Part shown: in pieces, positions 23,071 through 34,248 of the stretch
Layout: each line of letters begins with the position of its first letter
Numbering within the stretch: the first letter of the stretch is position 1
Assembly (NCBI GenBank): GCA_010093745.1
Contig: MU005981.1
Location: forward strand, 186,001 to 240,221
DNA length: 54,221 bases
Reading direction: 5' to 3'
From: Piedraia hortae CBS 480.64
Taxonomy: Eukaryota
Position numbers and translations under genes: made by a program
The notes under the pieces: generated by a model
The model's database searches: none
Seen by the model: the letters and a program-made list of their open reading frames with translations, nothing else
Told to the model about the DNA's origin: nothing

Positions 23071-24327
23071 TGAGGTTGTTGTAAGGGGAAAGGAGTGACT
23101 TTCGAACAAGAAAAGTTAGACACACATAAGTTCCCGTGGCCAGGTAAACTTCTCAATTGGTGTATTCGTCTTGTGAGACGTGGGTCAAGTATTGGAATTT
23201 TGACAGCTGTGGGTCATGTTACATAAGCACGGGTGGGAACCCAACGTTGAAAGTTAAAACCTAATATAAGTGATGGCTTTTATTCTATCACCCGATGAGA
23301 ACAAGCTGTTGCTAAACTGCCTCACCAACCTTCAAAACACACCTCGTTCTTGCTCGGTCGTGAAGATAAGGATGTGCCCAGTCAAAAGGTATTCTACCTG
23401 CAGCTACAAGGGAAACGACCGGAGCTCTTGCCTGCACTGTTACCCCCAAACCTCTTTTCTGTGGAGGAGCTATACTTCGAAAATGAAGAGAATCATCCGC
23501 AACATGGTTTAAAATTATCTGTTTGACATCGAAGCCAGTAGAGGCAAGCTTCGTATGGAATGAATAGCATCTCCACAACATGAGTTTGTCGGAGCACAAC
23601 TAGCTGAGCCGGGCTTCATTGCATCAAATTACGTGCAGTCCTCGAGATATCGTACTTGGCACTGTCGATGATCAAACTGGATTTGCCTTTTGCGTGGCCG
23701 GCATGCAAATAAGGAAACATGCAGCCTCTTAACTGCGGTGACCAAAGCCAATGTAGGTACCTCCAGCCTCAGGATCTTATGCCTCCACCGGCTGGTCCAA
23801 CGGTGTGCATTGTTAGCTGTTAGACTAAGATGACCTGTTTTGATTCGTGTCGGGATGCGAGAATAGCTAGCTCCATGCTGCGATAACCTCATGAAGATTT
23901 GTGGATTGGTAGAAACGATGGATAACCTGTGATCGGGACAGGTGCTCAATGACCCCGGGCTCCTCCTTCCTTTGCGGCCAGCTCAAGCAGGACTTATGAA
24001 TTACAGTCAGACCACTTGGTGGGCAGCTCGTCAACTTTTACATCTTTTCACTACGCAGGTGTAAAGCTGAGCGTGCAGCCTGGCATCTGATGATAAGTCC
24101 TGTGGTTAAGACAAGACAACCTGGACCCATAGCAGTGGAACAGATTTGCTATACTAAACTGCGCTTGGACAACCCACGGTTTGCCACAATTAATCTTTGT
24201 GGCGCGCCATCAAAAATTCCCAGAGAGAGACGAGAGAATGCGCAGACAGGAACCGGTCCCATCGAGCACAATTTTGGGCGCTCCGCCGTACTCACCACTC
24301 GCCGCCATCCTGCCAACGTCCAGCACT

Positions 24328-25392
24328 TCAATACTCCTCATCTGAGCCAGCGGAGCAATATGGTGTAGGCGCCCCAGCCCGAGCAACAGACAGTGCGATA
24401 ATCCGATCATCTTCGGTGATCTCTCCTGATGCCTGATCATCACAATCTTTCCCCTCGGCGTACAAGTGCATTTCACCATTAAGCTCGTAATCGTATTCGA
24501 ACTGACGCACTTCTTCTTCAATCTCTTCTTCCAGGACATCGAGAACGGTACCGCTGAAATGGCATCCGGAATGGCGCTTGCGTGATGGTGGATCGTAGTC
24601 CTCTACGTTCTCATCGTCGTCGTCCACTTCCCACAGAGGCTCAAGCAGATGGCCACCGGTACTGAGCTCTGCTTGCTGCTTCCAGATTGCGTGTAAGCAC
24701 CTGACCTCTTCTCCGGTTATTTTGGGGATAGTGAGAAGATTTTCGCTTGGGTGGATAGGAGGTGGAGTTTTGGCTTGCGTGTTCGTCTGAGGGGTGGGAG
24801 CGCTCTTGCTACCTTCGGGTACAGGAGTGACATTGAGGCCATGGTAGACCTGCTCTGCATTTCGTCGTGCAGGATGCATGGACTTCGCTTGTTCCCTGGC
24901 AAGCCACATTCTTCCCTCAACCATGGGCGGATCGTGTACCACCTCGCACCCTTCGTCCGCTAAGATGTTACTCTCCTTCCGTTGACCGTTCACATTGTGT
25001 GTCTCGCGGGCCTGCAGCGCCATAACAACCTCACTCCCATCTCGGTGCACATCGATATCGCTTGCATGTCCCTCAAACTGGGGTGTGCAGTGCGGACAAT
25101 AAATAACAGCCATACAACCTAGCTCTGGTTTCTTAGGGGCCGCTGCATCCCCATGGGAGACAACTCGTACTTTACTCCTCTCCAGCACGAACTTCCTTCG
25201 CCGGCGCAAAACCGGAGACGGCGGGGTGGGGGTATCCTCGCTTATTAGAGAAAGCCTGCCCGACTGAACGGTGAGATTCTCTAAGGCTGAGTCGCCTTTA
25301 TCAACGGCCATTGCTGACTTAGATGTACGGGAGAAGTGTGCGTTGGTATACCGCCAGGCTGATTTGATCTTCTTCGTGGGGTTAAATTGCAT
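24328..25392 (-). CDS. Hypothetical protein (354 aa) with acidic C-terminus
   Basis: Long ATG-initiated uninterrupted ORF amid decayed DNA; no recognised domain. Confidence 0.6.
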   Translation of the reverse strand: MQFNPTKKIKSAWRYTNAHFSRTSKSAMAVDKGDSALENLTVQSGRLSLISEDTPTPPSPVLRRRRKFVLERSKVRVVSHGDAAAPKKPELGCMAVIYCPHCTPQFEGHASDIDVHRDGSEVVMALQARETHNVNGQRKESNILADEGCEVVHDPPMVEGRMWLAREQAKSMHPARRNAEQVYHGLNVTPVPEGSKSAPTPQTNTQAKTPPPIHPSENLLTIPKITGEEVRCLHAIWKQQAELSTGGHLLEPLWEVDDDDENVEDYDPPSRKRHSGCHFSGTVLDVLEEEIEEEVRQFEYDYELNGEMHLYAEGKDCDDQASGEITEDDRIIALSVARAGAPTPYCSAGSDEEY

Positions 25393-25872
25393 GGTGACCT
25401 TGTTGGCAATGATATGGTGTTGTAGTGTGTCACTGTTGTTTGCTTGTGGTGAGGAAACGATTGATTTGTTGACTTTGTTAGTGTGACGTGGTTGTTGTGG
25501 TGTTGCTGGGGCCTTGACGTTGATACGCGTTTTTATCGTTGCTAGGCCGTGATGATGAGAAGTATAGCGAACGATTAGTGCCCATTACCCACTAGGTATG
25601 TTTCCATTATCAAACCCAGTACTGGTCTAAAGTAAAGTGGCCTTTATTCTACTTGGAGCATCCAAAGCAGTTCAGAGTAAGCAACAGATATGGTGTTTTT
25701 TCGAACAATGCAAATTTTACATAACAACCCCCAGGTCATGGGCAAAGCGACCTTTATGCACAGAAAGTTGAAAAAGCGATAAAGCGGGGTCTATTCGATC
25801 CAATGCTTTATATGTGAAATATTTCAGAATGCGGGATAGAGATAGCTTCAATGGTTGCATTATCCCAGCCGC

Positions 25873-26242
25873 TGTTGGCATGAAGTCTCGTTGCTATGAG
25901 TGTACGATGCCAATACGCGACACCTCTTACACCAGCAGCTGTACCCTAGGTTTTGTCCTCACAGAGGATTCTCTCAGGGTCATGTCGCATGCGACATGGA
26001 GAATGCGCCCTGCTACTGTTTGAGATGAGTCATGGAGTAAGACTGCATGCTGATGGTCTTACTACATGTATGACCACTTGTATACGGTCATACGATTGAT
26101 GACTTTTCATACGAGGCTACGCACGGGCCTTCCAGCCCAGAATATATTCTCTGATGTTCCCTCGTAGATACACTTGTATTCACTTGTACACACATCTCTA
26201 CTCTCCATCCATCGTTCTCATTCGCACATACCATCTGTTTCA
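25873..26242 (+). mobile_element. Solo LTR (370 bp); second copy at 52570-52990
   Basis: TGTTG...TTTCA; perfect TSD GCCGC at 25868-25872 and 26243-26247. Strand is given only relative to the second copy. Confidence 0.9.
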
Positions 26243-26433
26243 GCCGCTTGGTAGGGACCTACGTGATTTCACTAGAGTATCCAACGTACCAGTATTGGGG
26301 GCGTGTGATATGGAGTACAAGTCTTCAAAGCATCTTTTCCAGCCATCTAACTAGCAAATACCTACTATTAGCCGGGATAGATGCGTTAAGTAAACTGCAC
26401 CATACATCTAGGAAGAGATTTTAATACATATGT

Positions 26434-27852
26434 CTATAGCCCCTTGGTGAGTCTTCTTGTTCGGAAATACCTTGTCTTGGAACTATTGACACAGTCACCT
26501 CTCTCGAAGTCTAGCCCCATCAAGTCGTCCGGTATTGAATAGAACATGATCCTGTCCTTGGGTATAGTGTTCAATATAGTTCTGGTATCGACTTTTTCAG
26601 CTGTATTCGGGTCCGTTTGAGCAATATCCCTGATCAGTAGACAGGTTATCTGATGGGAATGCTTTTCAAAAATCTTCGGGATGGCTTTTTCCACGTACAA
26701 CTTGGACGTGTCCAGCATCAGAACAAACTTCCTGTGTGGGAAAGTCTCCATGGCAAGACTTATGTAACGGTTTCCTGGATTCTTGACACCTAGCTCCATG
26801 GTATCAAAACTGCCTGCTGGGTAGTGAGACAAGAGAAATTGTCGGTACATATCTGTCATGGGCCGATAAGCAGTGGTTAAGTAATGAAAGTGGACGCTAG
26901 TTCCGCGCCCACAGCTGGTTGGCAATCGGGAGAAAACCTCAGGCATGTTCTTCCATGGGACAAAGGCTTTGCATCTTTGTTCTGGAGCCGGTCCACGAAA
27001 ATTTCCCAAGCGTTCGTCGCGCAGAACGCCGTCGATATCTGCCACGATCATCAACCCCTGGGGTGGGACAAGAAAGATCTTTCCTTCGCTGTTGGGGTGA
27101 AATTCGAACTTTGAATGTATCTGCTGTACACAAGCTGAATATTTGCCACAGGGGCAAGGAATTGATTTGAACGGCACAAATTCATTGAATTCGCCGTTGG
27201 TATTTGTTTTGCTCCAAACCAACCCCGTAAGCCTTCTATTTAGGTGCAGAAGCAGAGGTGGAATCTTATGCCACTGCATCGGGAAGACGAAAAGTAGTCG
27301 TGCAAGATGCTGTATTTGTAACTCTTCTTCTCTGCCCAAGTTCCTGGACTTCGATCTGATCAAATCTTCCAGGCTTTCGGTTGCGATGATACCACCCCCT
27401 CGAAACGACCTGTGCATGTGGCCATGGATACGGACATTCCATCCATCAAAGGTCCAGTTTGCGTAGGTGTCCAAGTTCAATACCCTTATTGTCATCGCAC
27501 CCAGGTTGAGGTCATTTTTATGATCAACACCAATTGCATAGTCCAATTTCATGATAAATTTGAACAATTTCTTTTGATTCTTTTGGAGCCATATGGACAT
27601 GCCTTTTTGCATATTTTTTGGACCAGCTATATCGTCTATGCGACGGCGTTGTAACTTATTTCCGGATATGCATTCAATAGACTGGTCATTGCTCGAGCAC
27701 TCGGCGGGTTCAGGGAGTGCGTTTCGGATCGCTGTTACGGAATTGCCACGAATGGCGGATTTGTAGCCACTCGAGACATCACATGTCGGTGCTGCTCCAC
27801 TGGAGTAAAGGATGCAGCTAAGTAGCCATAATAGTAGGGTTATTCGATGCAT
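26434..27852 (-). CDS. Secreted APP1-like (HAD-fold phosphatidate phosphatase domain) protein
   Basis: Signal-peptide-like MHRITLLLWLLSCILYSSGA; IVADIDGVLR, MPEVF, FHYLTT, TFPHRKFVLMLDTS, ITCLLIRD. Confidence 0.75.
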   Translation of the reverse strand: MHRITLLLWLLSCILYSSGAAPTCDVSSGYKSAIRGNSVTAIRNALPEPAECSSNDQSIECISGNKLQRRRIDDIAGPKNMQKGMSIWLQKNQKKLFKFIMKLDYAIGVDHKNDLNLGAMTIRVLNLDTYANWTFDGWNVRIHGHMHRSFRGGGIIATESLEDLIRSKSRNLGREEELQIQHLARLLFVFPMQWHKIPPLLLHLNRRLTGLVWSKTNTNGEFNEFVPFKSIPCPCGKYSACVQQIHSKFEFHPNSEGKIFLVPPQGLMIVADIDGVLRDERLGNFRGPAPEQRCKAFVPWKNMPEVFSRLPTSCGRGTSVHFHYLTTAYRPMTDMYRQFLLSHYPAGSFDTMELGVKNPGNRYISLAMETFPHRKFVLMLDTSKLYVEKAIPKIFEKHSHQITCLLIRDIAQTDPNTAEKVDTRTILNTIPKDRIMFYSIPDDLMGLDFERGDCVNSSKTRYFRTRRLTKGL

Positions 27853-28754
27853 AGCGTTGAAGAGACCAGAGTAGCAGGAGTGTCTGCGATATCAAGCCGC
27901 TTAAGAACGAATTGTAAGCTTTCTTGGCTAGGCTGGGGTGTCTGACAGTTGACATGTGTATTTTACACACACTATACTAGGACATGAACTATGTTTGATA
28001 TAAGGTTGAGGTCTCTGCGCTATTACCTAGGTGATTGCGGAGATATCCGAACCGGGACTTGTTTGTCTGGGGCTGCGGGCCCAGTCCCTTAAATTGGGGA
28101 CAAGCCAAATCGGAATCTTGAAATGTCAGTTTTCGACAGAAATGTGCTTGCCACGTCTACAACACCTAATCGAAGCAATCATTCCTTTGGCATACATGAT
28201 AATTGCAACCACTCTAGCCAAACTCTTTCACTTGCATGCTGATATCTTCTACCGAAGCACAGATCCTGCCATGCCATGTTTGACGTGGACCCTTTCCCTT
28301 GTTCTAACCGAGTCTACGGTCAAGATGTTTACCATTGGCATTGCAAGGACCAATGAGGTTGAAGCCTTTATATGACATGTGTTGAGTCGCAAGCTATGGA
28401 AAGAGTTCAGCCACTTCCGGTGATGTGTTCAAGATTTCAATGGTCCCGAACACATGGATTGGGACGGAAGTCATGAGCGATGTTTAAACTTCAACAAGCT
28501 TCGCAATCTTTATGAGCTCAAGTGAGTTGGTTGCATGTCGCATGTGTGCTCGAACACGAAGGTATTCCTTGATCACTAAGCTCAGCAAGAAGAGAGGGTG
28601 GCCAATCGTTTATGGGGCCTTGCTCTAAAATGTATACATTAATGCCCTAGCGCTCTCATGTGAGCTCCACAAGTACTCTGATCTTGGCGAGTGAACAATT
28701 ATATGATAAGCGTAATCAAAGCGAATACGCTCTGTTGGAGGTGACCATCGAGAT

Positions 28755-29867
28755 CTACCCGAAAGGTGTCAATTCTCCCCTGTACGGCCGTTCAAGCTTC
28801 AGCGATCGATCTAGATCAAACTGCCAGTCACCTTGTGCTTCGGATGCACTCACCCGAGTGAAGAACAACGGCTCCCAGTCCTTCTCCCCCAATCCAGTAA
28901 CTCCTCGCATCTTTCTCTGCGCGTTTTCCAGTTTGCTCTTCTCATTCACAACCCCTTGCATGTCCCCTTTTTCTATTGCTGAGATAACTCCAGCCCAGGC
29001 TTTTCTCGACTCGAATGGATCCTGCTCCTCCAATGGAAGGGTAGAGAAAGGCTCATCTTCCTCAGCAAAGGAAAACCGATCAACTATGTTACCGGCCTCG
29101 TCAGTAATCTCAAAGTGATCTGACCAGCTGCCCTCTGCTATGAACAGAGTTTTGTCTTCTTCATTCGTACGATAGACACGCGCATGTACATGATTTTTCT
29201 CTCCCCTGGAAAGCAGAAGGCCTTTCTTCCCGCTAAACGAGATCTCGGCCACAAGGCCGTTGGAGCATCGTAGGTCGTACGTTCCATGAAGTTCAGGGTA
29301 TGGCGAGCCGGTCAATATGCCCTTTACGCGAACATTCGGAAGTGGAATGGTATAGTCCTCTCCTGTTCTATCAAGGTGCACGATGGCATGGCCAGACTGC
29401 CGTACCTCCACGCCGCCTGCAGTAAGAGTGATTTCCTGTTCCGCGAAACCTTGAGCACGCACTCCGTGAGGTGCATTCCATAGGTAACATGCGGTGATGG
29501 GCGGATGGTGCGAAACCTGTTCACTCACAAGGCGACAAAGTGCATCTCCTTGGCCGCATTCACCCATGAAAAGCTCGCCTAGGAACGCATTAAGCGGCTT
29601 CTTGATGGACTCGCCGCCAGCATACTGCTGCCCTTTGAGAGATGCAAGAAACCATTTCAGCACTGCCACCATACGCATCTCCTGGCTTGATGCCTTTGCC
29701 GGTGCAACGAAGAGAGATGGGTATGCGATCCAATAACGTGGAAACTCTGTAGTGGATTTTGGTGCTAGCACAAAGGGTGGAGCTGTGATGTTGCTCAAGT
29801 CACCTTTGATAGTTGTCAAACTTGCTAGAAGTTGCTTCAGGCTGGTGGCCTGCGATGGATCAGACAT
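28755..29867 (-). CDS. Oxysterol-binding protein, Kes1/Osh4-like
   Basis: DLSNITAPPFVLAPKS, KKPLNAFLGELF, SEQVSHHPPITA, ESRKAW; first ATG at 29867. Confidence 0.92.
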   Translation of the reverse strand: MSDPSQATSLKQLLASLTTIKGDLSNITAPPFVLAPKSTTEFPRYWIAYPSLFVAPAKASSQEMRMVAVLKWFLASLKGQQYAGGESIKKPLNAFLGELFMGECGQGDALCRLVSEQVSHHPPITACYLWNAPHGVRAQGFAEQEITLTAGGVEVRQSGHAIVHLDRTGEDYTIPLPNVRVKGILTGSPYPELHGTYDLRCSNGLVAEISFSGKKGLLLSRGEKNHVHARVYRTNEEDKTLFIAEGSWSDHFEITDEAGNIVDRFSFAEEDEPFSTLPLEEQDPFESRKAWAGVISAIEKGDMQGVVNEKSKLENAQRKMRGVTGLGEKDWEPLFFTRVSASEAQGDWQFDLDRSLKLERPYRGELTPFG

Positions 29868-30029
29868 GGCTCTGATGTCCAATATGAGACTTTTTTTTGT
29901 CAAGTATGTGGAATGACATCATCCTGCCCGTGGTTTCCAAGATCTTACAGGTAAAACTGCCGACGCCACCATCTGTTCCTGGGCTGGCAGGACAAGATGG
30001 CTCTTGCAGATGTGTAGGGATGACATCCA

Positions 30030-31073
30030 CTACCCTTCGTCTACCAAAATCTCACTGGCTACTAATGGTGATGCAGCCAATTTCTTTCTCCGTACTGATC
30101 CAGATGTTGAGTGAGAGCTACTCCCCCGCCTTCGTGTCAGTGACTCCTTGCTGCTCGCTCGCGAAGCCGGTCGTTGCTTTTTGGGCATACGGCTTTCAGG
30201 CTCTACCAAGCCTAAGCGGGTGAGTTCAAGATGACGTCTCGACACGCCCATAAGCCTTTCCCTCCAAAGTTGGAGACTGCTTCTCCAGTCTGGAAACCAG
30301 CCCCTCTTCCGTTTTCGGGCAACCTCCCTTTGCCGTTGCTGAAGGGCTTGGCGTAGCTCTGCTCTCCGGGCATTCTCCTTTTCCCAATATTCTAGTCTAT
30401 ATGTCTCCCACCCTTCTCTAAAATTTGGCGTAAAAGGCTTGGGTAGGAGCAAGACTTTGACCAAATCGCCAGCAGGGGCAACGTCTTCATCTACCAGGCC
30501 GTGTCGAGCTGCGTGACCGTTCCACCCAGTCCCAGACGATGCATCTAAGATATCTCTGGGCGTGAGACGATAACAGATGCGCTCGTTCCTAAAGTATCGA
30601 AATATGTGCCACCACGGCTCTTTGACTATGACAACTTTGAGGTTGAGCACCCTGAGACCGCGGTTGGCAGTTGGCACGAGCTTTCGTGGCCAACGCACTC
30701 CGCGGTCATACATCCCGGTCCCATAGAAGAGGCCAAGGGTGACTACGCCGCCACACCACGAAAGCTTCTCAAAGGATTCAAGCATCCAGTAGATGGAGCC
30801 CCCAGCTCCAGATCCATCTTCTCGCGGGCGAAAGAATAGCAGATACGTGAATCCAGCTACCCAAGCCCAGAGCGCTACTAGAAGGAAAAGATGAAGCCGT
30901 AGACGGGCCCGAAGGGCTATGTATTGCGCTCGTAACGAGCTTTCCAAAATCAATAGGTTGAGATAGGTCTGTGTGGGAGAGCAAGGCGCGGAATCGATTG
31001 TAGAACTAGAGTGAAGATTGGCCACTTGGGGCGGGGGTGTACCTTTGACAAGGTGATCGATTTTGACGTCCAT
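30030..31073 (-). CDS. SPO7: Nem1-Spo7 phosphatase regulatory subunit
   Basis: YLNLLILESSLRAQY, two hydrophobic segments, NRGLRVLNLK, FREGWETYRLEYWEKENARR. Confidence 0.88.
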   Translation of the reverse strand: MDVKIDHLVKGTPPPQVANLHSSSTIDSAPCSPTQTYLNLLILESSLRAQYIALRARLRLHLFLLVALWAWVAGFTYLLFFRPREDGSGAGGSIYWMLESFEKLSWCGGVVTLGLFYGTGMYDRGVRWPRKLVPTANRGLRVLNLKVVIVKEPWWHIFRYFRNERICYRLTPRDILDASSGTGWNGHAARHGLVDEDVAPAGDLVKVLLLPKPFTPNFREGWETYRLEYWEKENARRAELRQALQQRQREVARKRKRGWFPDWRSSLQLWRERLMGVSRRHLELTRLGLVEPESRMPKKQRPASRASSKESLTRRRGSSSHSTSGSVRRKKLAASPLVASEILVDEG

Positions 31074-31283
31074 GTCAGTGTCTGTCAACCCAGTGCTAGA
31101 CGTTGTCGTTCGTTTGGGTCGTTCGGAACGGCCCGGTGACAGCGGGTGATTCCGGACTTTACATTCCGCAAAATGTATCTAGAAGCTCTCCGCCAGCGCT
31201 GCCCACGCGGTGGCTTGAGGAAATGATCACAATTGCGATTGACACTCCATGATCAAAAAAAATTTCCAAATCACAAAAGTAAA

Positions 31284-31354
31284 TGCATCGGCCGGGAATC
31301 GAACCCGGGTCGGTCCGATGGCAACGGACCATTATACCACTAAACCACCAATGC
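31284..31354 (-). tRNA. tRNA-Gly(GCC)
   Basis: 71 nt, GCATTGG...CCGATGCA; anticodon arm GTCCG-TTGCCAT-CGGAC; T-loop GGTTCGATTCC; T-runs downstream. Confidence 0.96.
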
Positions 31355-32026
31355 CACGTCATGGAGAGAAGTGGACCAGCTTGTATATAAACTACATATT
31401 TCAATACGAATCACAGAGGCATCCAAGCCTCTACGAATTTGGAAATACACTTCGTCTACACTCAGTATTGCACTGATTGGTAAAGTCACGAACGAACTGT
31501 TCAAGCGATGAAAGGAGTTTGACGCAATTCTTTGGTCTTACTGTACTGGTCCTGGCGTCTCCAGTATCACCGGGTGATTACTGTAAACCTAGTGGTTCTC
31601 GCTCACGTTTTGCTTGGCAAACCAACGCAGTTCCTATGAGCCTATCATGGTGAAGATTGGCTGTACGTGCCGCAGATAGGTGTATTTTTGGCACGCTAAT
31701 TGTATGCACCGTGTGGCAGGGGTAAGATTCTCTTGCTCTACGAACACAATCAAAGAACAGTCGGAAGAACAGGGAACAACTGCAGTAGTCTATAATGATA
31801 AAAATCATCTTGCATTTCAGTCTGGCTCCCTGCAATCTTGTACGACGCATTCGCAAAGTCATGGTACTCCAAGGATCCTCACGAGAGCATATTGTGGCTT
31901 CAGCATTTCGTATTCAGCTAGCTGACCAAACCCTATACATAATCAAGAAAACAGGACATGTATGATAGAACTCGGACATGTATAAAATGAGCGTCTTCCA
32001 CATTGTGCCCAGTCCTCCCGACCAAG

Positions 32027-32595
32027 ATGATTCTCTCAGCCCTCTTCGCGACAGCACTAGTAATCACTGCAACTACCGCAGCAGCGATTCCGGATCCTCT
32101 GCCCCCTCTTGACCCCACCCACAGCTAGGATGCTCAATCACTGCGATATTTCATTATATGTGCAGATCTTCAACAATACAGATAGTTATCCTGCCTTGGA
32201 ACTCAAGGCTGAAGATCTCCTTGACACCTCAATCTTTGGGCTTGGTCCGCAGATCATAATTGCAAAGTCTGCTTGGGACATAATGTAAGTATTTACTTGT
32301 TTCTCGTTTGACTTTCGACCTCCTGGAACTGCCCTGAAGAGGACTTCTCTGCTCGTATTTCCAGCCGTCACTAACAAAACGCAGCTACAGCTCCAGCCCG
32401 AAATATGTGATGCGCGCATCAAAATACACAGAACCGGTGTTGACGTGGTACGTGGAAAACAACAACGGGAATCCAATCCCTTGCTCCAATATCATTGGGA
32501 CCCCAGGTTGCCAGGGGCAAAATTTCGTTGACCGGCAGGAGCGATTAATCAATTGCCCTGGTGATGCTAGTTTGACCTGGGATCTGTGTCGTTAA
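32027..32595 (+). pseudogene. BYS1-like small secreted Cys-containing protein with one frameshift; intron 32285-32384
   Basis: TATAAAA at 31981; signal peptide MILSALFATALVITATTAAA; removing one C at ~32113-32120 gives TARMLNHCDISLYV...; intron GTAAGT...CTAAC...CAG in frame; ends CPGDASLTWDLCR*. Confidence 0.65.
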
Positions 32596-33284
32596 GGGAC
32601 GGTTCGGTCGGACTGTATATATGCTGAAATCGATGATCACTTTTATCTAACTCCCGTTGCTGCCTGGCGTTAAAGATCAATTATATTGCGATTATCTTGC
32701 TTTGTTCTGAACTGTTTGGTGGAATCCTTCGTTGGCAATATGATCATCTGCTGATTACAAATTCTGTTATCCGCGATCTCCCCGAAAAACCAAAGGTCTC
32801 GCTTACGCATCGAACATTACCCGAGAAAGATAAAAGTAAGATTAGACGAACCACATATCCTCTCAAGTTCTGTACATCTTCGACACTAACGTCGCTCGTT
32901 CGTTCGTTTAGTAATTATCTCAACGTCAGGCCAAACCGACCGCGAGCCTTGCACTATACATGTGGGCCAGCTGGTCTTGAAGTAAACCCAACCCACCCAG
33001 CAAGTTCTTCGCCATTGTGCTGCGTGCCTCACTGCCCGTGTAGGGAGCACTTCATCTTAGGCTGATTGTGAACAAGTATGCGCAGCAAAGGCAAAGGCGA
33101 CGCACTAGACCTCTCAATCGAGAAGGAGCTTGCCTTTCTATGCTCGGATGCGAATTTTCCCTTTACTTCAGTATTTCGAGCAACCCCAACCAACTGAAGA
33201 GAGGAACGCCGTCGTGATAATCGAAGACTACGGTTTTATGGCGTCAAATAGTTTGAACAATCCACAACCCGACTATCATAATGT

Positions 33285-33797
33285 CTAGTCTTTTTGCTGG
33301 TAATTGATCAGCACTTCTAGATGAGATAACCAAGGCTGTTTCTTGGCTTTCTTGACGAGCAGAAACAGCATGATTCTCTTCGCCAGGTAATCCGCCACCA
33401 TGCCGACGGATTTTGCTGTCTCTTGTCGTACATGAGCCGGCGCCCTTTTACTTCCTTTGTCCCTCTTTACAAAACAAGCAACATGCGCGTAAGCTCCCAA
33501 AACCTCCCATGCAAACTCCTGCCCATCTGTTCCGAGGTTAACAGCTTTCGTGCTTTGGCCATTGCCAGCAACATGTGCACAAATCCCAAATAAAGTTCCA
33601 TGCATGATTCTGCCCATTCGTTCTGATTGAAGCAGCAGTCGCAGACCGAAGAAACACCACAGCGCAAGTTGCGCGTTTCGTGGAGAACGCGAAAACGTGG
33701 AGGGCAGTGTGGTGTACGGGGCTAGGATTGCTGCGTGCTGGAAGAGGGCAGGCTCTGTCCGACCGGGTGAATGTGGCCAGAAAAATCGCTCTACCAA
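33285..33797 (-). CDS. Possible hypothetical protein or remnant of a decayed gene
   Basis: 170-codon ORF without ATG start; upstream frames interrupted by stops; no recognised domain. Confidence 0.25.
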   Translation of the reverse strand: MVERFFWPHSPGRTEPALFQHAAILAPYTTLPSTFSRSPRNAQLALWCFFGLRLLLQSERMGRIMHGTLFGICAHVAGNGQSTKAVNLGTDGQEFAWEVLGAYAHVACFVKRDKGSKRAPAHVRQETAKSVGMVADYLAKRIMLFLLVKKAKKQPWLSHLEVLINYQQKD

Positions 33798-34248
33798 GGA
33801 AAGTGAGATATTTGGAACGGAGGCCTGGCCATTTTATTTTTTAAGCGGTCGAACGAGCCGCTAGATGCTGCGTCTGTAGGTATGCGATCAAATTGATTTG
33901 ATTTGATTTTAATTCTTAACGCCGTGGCTGTGCGGTCGCGTACGCAGCTGGTTGGATCCACCACAATGAGGGAACTAAATGTTTTTTTCCATAAAAGTAA
34001 TCGTGTCTTTGACCTCGAAAGTTGTCGGACGCGTCCCATGTTGCTGTGCGAAGAAAGACTTCATCTTATGGGTGAATTACTTGACCGGAATCTTCTTCGT
34101 TTCGGCTTTGGCGATTAAATCCTTCTCGCGGGTGGTGCGCTTCTCTGGTGGAGCTTACTGGATGGTAGGCCCCCTGTGGGTCGTTGTGCTGACAACAGAG
34201 CTCGTGAAAACCTCAAGAAACCTGTTTATTCTCAGTCCAGGGGGACGC

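Noticed and set aside
11200..28500. Starship or Fanzor element as the cause of the island
   Set aside because: No tyrosine-recombinase captain or TnpB/RuvC-like ORF recognised.
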